Assembly: GCF_004010195.1 (NCBI RefSeq)
Contig: NC_057720.1
Location: 14,945,939 to 15,009,938 of the forward strand
From: Chiloscyllium plagiosum
Taxonomy: Eukaryota
DNA: 64,000 nt
Direction: 5' to 3'
In this document: piece by piece, positions 60,420 to 64,000 of the stretch
Layout: each line of letters starts with the position of its first letter
Position numbering within the stretch: the stretch's first letter is position 1
The notes under the pieces: generated by a model
What the model saw: only the letters and a program-made list of their open reading frames with translations
Databases searched by the model: none
What the model was told of the DNA's origin: nothing
Position numbers and translations under genes: made by a program

Positions 60420-60675
60420 GGAATCCCTACAATGTGGATGCTGGCCATTCAGCCCATTGAATTGATACCAACCCTCTGAAGAGTGTCTCACACAGAGCAA
60501 CCCTCCCTGTAAGCCCTGCATTTCCCATGACCAATCCACCTAACCCGCACATCTTTGGACTGTGGGAGGAAACCCACACAGACATGGGGAGAATATGCAA
60601 ACTCCATGCAGTTGCCCAAGGCTGGAATCGAACCTGGGTCCCTGCTGCTGTGAGGCCACAGTGCTAACCACTGAA
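60420..60675 (-). mobile_element. HE1-type SINE
   Basis: ggaatcgaacctggg (B box), cagtgctaaccactga. Confidence 0.8.
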
Positions 60676-60734
60676 CTATACAATTGGCACCTATGGAAAT
60701 TGAAAATGGTTTTTGATTTAATTATGCAGGTGAT

Positions 60735-62545
60735 ATGGGCATTGTTGGCTAGTTCAGCATTTACCCGTCACTGATTGTCTTTGAGAAAGCGATGATGACC
60801 TGCTTTCTTGAACTGTTGCAGTCCACTTGGTGCAGGCAAACGCACAGTGCTGATAGAGAGGGACCTTTAGGTCACAGTGACGGCATGTGATTTTGTTCCA
60901 AGCAGCTTGGGGGAAAACATACAGGTGGTGATGTCTCCATATACCTTCCTAGGCGTGGTAGAGAATCGCAGGCTTGGGAAGTGATGTCAAAGGAGTCACG
61001 GTGGGTTGCTGCAGAGCACAGTTTAGATGGTACACACTGTGTACACACAATGTCCGTCGATGGTGAAGGAAGTGTGCTAAGTATGCAGGTTCCGCAGGCA
61101 GTGAAGAAAACAAATGGTTTGTTGACCTTCATAGTGAGAGGATTTGGGTACAGGAGCAGGGATATTTTGCTGCAATTGTACATGGCCTTGGTGAGACCAC
61201 ACTTAGAGTATTATGACTAGTTTTTTGTCTCCTTATCTAAAGAAGGATGTTCTGGCAAGAGAGGGAGTTTGCCACATTGATTCTTGGGATGGCAGGACTG
61301 CATATGACAAGAGATAGTTAGGACTGTATTCACTGGAGTTTAGAAGAATTAGAGGATCTCATGGAAACCTGTAAAGTTCCAACAGGGTTTAACATTAGAA
61401 GGGCGATGGAACTTTGACCCCTATTTCAATGAGGTTTGAGTACGGGAGTAGGGAAGTCTACAGTACAAGGTGTGGGGAGACCACTTCTGGACTACTGTGA
61501 CCAGTTTTGGTCCCTGTATTTAAGGAAAGATATAATTTCATTGGATGCCTTTCAGAGAAGGTCCACTAAGATGGATGATCCCCGTTATGGAGGGATTATC
61601 TTATGAGCAAAAATTAAACAGGTTGGGATTCCAGAAGAATGAGAGGCAAACTCATTGAAACAGATAGGATTCTTAAGAGGCTTGACAGGGTAAATGTTGA
61701 GAGGAGGTCTCCCTTCTGGGAGAAGGTAGGACCAGAGGGCAGAGTCCTGAATAAAAAGGCACTTATTTAACATTGAGTTGAGGAGGAATTTCTTCTATCA
61801 GAGAGTTGTGAGTTTTTGAAACTCCTTGTCACAGGGAGCGGTAGGAGCAGCATCCTTGTGTATATTTAAGACTGAGATAGTTAGATTCTTGAACAGTCAG
61901 GGAATCGTGGGTTATGGGGAAAGGGCAAGAAAGTGGACATGAGGAATATCAGATCAGCCATGACCCTCTTGAATGGTGGAGCAGGTTCGAGGGGCTGAAT
62001 GGCCTACTCCTGTTCTTTTTTTTATGATCTTATCGTCTTAAACAGGGTAAACGCAGGAAGGATGTTTCTGTTGACCAGGGAATCCAGAACCAGAGGTCAC
62101 ATTTTAAGGATACAGTTTTTTGTACTGAAGTGATGAGAAATATCTTCGCCCAGAGTGTGGTGAGATTATGGAGTTCTCTGCTGCAGAAAACAGTTGAGGC
62201 CGAAACATTGAATGTTTTCAGGAAGAAGCTACCTATAGTCCTTTGGGTTTGGGGGGAATAAAAAAACATGGGCAAAGGAATAAGGTATTGATTTGGATAT
62301 TGAATGGTGGTGCAGGATCGAAGGGCAGATTAACTTACTCCTGCTTCTATTTGCCATGCTTCTAAGAAAGTTGAAGGTGGTGGATGGGGTGCCAGTCAAG
62401 CAGGTTCCTTTGTTCTCAATCATTTCCAACTTCTCAAGTGTTGGAGTTGCACCCATCCAGGCAAGTGGGGAGTATTCCACCAATTTCCTGACTTGTGCAT
62501 TGGTGGCCAGGCTTTGGGGAGTTAGGTGGAGAGTTACTTATCATA
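60735..62545. mobile_element. Nested LINE fragments: plus-strand CR1 3' parts (61065-62345) within a minus-strand LINE 3' end
   Basis: LYMALVRPHLEY; flanking minus-strand ORF MVEYSPLAWMGA. Confidence 0.7.
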
Positions 62546-63394
62546 ATTATCACATGTCCAATATCAATTGCAGTCCAGGGTAAGTACAGATGAGACTGAG
62601 AATTTTAAAGTATCATCCTCACTGACACTAAATTTGTGATATGTGTCTTTGAATGGAAAATAGGACGAGATTTAGCTTGTTGAGCCTGTTAAACTGGCCA
62701 ATCATGACGAGCCTGTGACTCGCTTCATATGCTTTCTGTTCTACATATCTCTTTGCATAGCAAAACTCTAACAATGCCAGGCTTAAAAAGTTCTAGTTGA
62801 TCTCGTAACCATTGCTGCTTCACAAGCAAGTTCCAAATTTCTACCCCCTTTGTAGAAGTGTTTTCTCATTTCACTCCTGAAAGTTGGTCTCAGATACTTA
62901 GGCTACATCATGTCCCACACTCCTCAAGGATTTGGAAATAATTTCTTACGATCAACCTTGTCTGTTCCCCTTAATATCTTGATCTTTTACTCCTCTAAAG
63001 TTAAGATAATGCTTCGTGCAGCTTCTGTCTGTGTGTTAACACTTTTAGTCTGGGTTTCATTCTGATAAAAGTGATGCTGCATTCCTTCTTAATCCAAAAC
63101 ATCCTTCCACTTGATGCCCACTAGTACACATGGTAATTTTAATCGCATTTATACAACTCTTGAGGAAACTTTAAAACGCTTCCTTGATTGTTGGATCTTA
63201 ATATGCCTAATGAATGATGCAAAGGTAAAAATGACTAAAATATCATTTTCCCATTTATCCCATCAGACCTGCTCCAGTTCCATTAGCTAGTGCCAATCTC
63301 CTGCCCTTCTCCCTGTGAACCATTTCTATTCTAATATCATAGAGTGTCCCCCTTAAGTGCATCAATTGAACCTGCCCTCCACCACATTTTAGAT

Positions 63395-63580
63395 CAAGCA
63401 TTGAACCAAGGCCCCATTTGTCTCCTCATGTTGACGTAAAAGATCATACAAAGTTATTTAAAGAGCAGGGCAAATCTCCTTAACATATATTATTTTTTTA
63501 AAATACAGAGTTGCTTCTCAGTGTGTGGGAGCTTGCTGTGCCACTTTTCCTGAATTGTAAATACACTTCAGTAGTACATT
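63395..63580 (+). mobile_element. Ancient Deu-domain-like SINE remnant; similar pieces at ~46410-46490 and 56980-57080 (-)
   Basis: aaccaaggcccc..gacgtaaaagatc..aagagcaggg..gtgggagcttgctgtg resembles the recalled AmnSINE1/SacSINE1 consensus. Confidence 0.5.
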
Positions 63581-63582
63581 AT

Positions 63583-63870
63583 AGAATCCCTACCATGTGG
63601 TAGCAAGCATCAGCCCATCACGCCCACAGAGACCCTCTGAACAAGATTCATTCCATCCAGACCCACCCTATATTTCCCATGGCTAATCCACTCAGCCTAT
63701 GGGCAACTTAGTGTGGCCAATTCACCCAACCTGCACATCTTTAGACTATTGGAGGAAATACCACACAGACACGGGGAGGGTGTGCAAACAGACATCTGCC
63801 TAAGGCTGGAATTGAACTCAGATGCCTGGTGCTGTGAGGCAGCAGTGCTAAATACTGAGCCATCATGCTA
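63583..63870 (-). mobile_element. HE1-type SINE
   Basis: ggaattgaactcag..ctgtgaggcagcagtgctaa. Confidence 0.8.
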
Positions 63871-63894
63871 ACCCAAATTTTTTTTGCCTAATTT

Positions 63895-64000
63895 TCTACT
63901 TTTGTGTGCATTCTAATAAATTTATTTCATTCTCTTTTCATGATTTTCATGATTTTATTTTTGCTTTCTTAAACAGTTGAAAAGGTATTAAGTGAACAAA
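63895..64000 (+). other. Putative splice acceptor and exon start at 63977
   Basis: Branch-like ttctaat 63911-63917, long T-rich tract, then AAACAG|. Confidence 0.45.

Overview
Repeat-rich vertebrate genomic DNA, inferred to be from an elasmobranch (shark/ray) because it carries HE1-type SINEs and HER1/CR1-type LINEs. There are four N gaps. The only clear host coding sequence is the terminal coding exon of an LRRC8 (VRAC channel) gene, most similar to LRRC8B (5447-5719, +). About 50 kb downstream lie a probable promoter/non-coding first exon (~55700-56332) and a splice acceptor at 63976, possibly of the tandem paralogue LRRC8C. The rest is nested retroelements: CR1/HER1, L2, Tx1, Rex-like, Gypsy-like LTRs and Penelope-like elements (PLEs) with RT plus GIY-YIG. 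It also holds two minisatellites and a gap-flanked duplication (17869-20324 vs 22304-26091) that is probably two haplotypes. The most striking signal is about 20 minimal hammerhead-ribozyme motifs from at least four PLE-related families. Several have intact cores (4045-4079, 9469-9508, 39297-39334, 59162-59199). Many sit in ~200-bp non-coding palindromic mini-elements with 11-16 bp TSDs, whose central junctions and 5' ends map in or right next to the ribozyme. All calls were made by eye, with no database searches or folding software.
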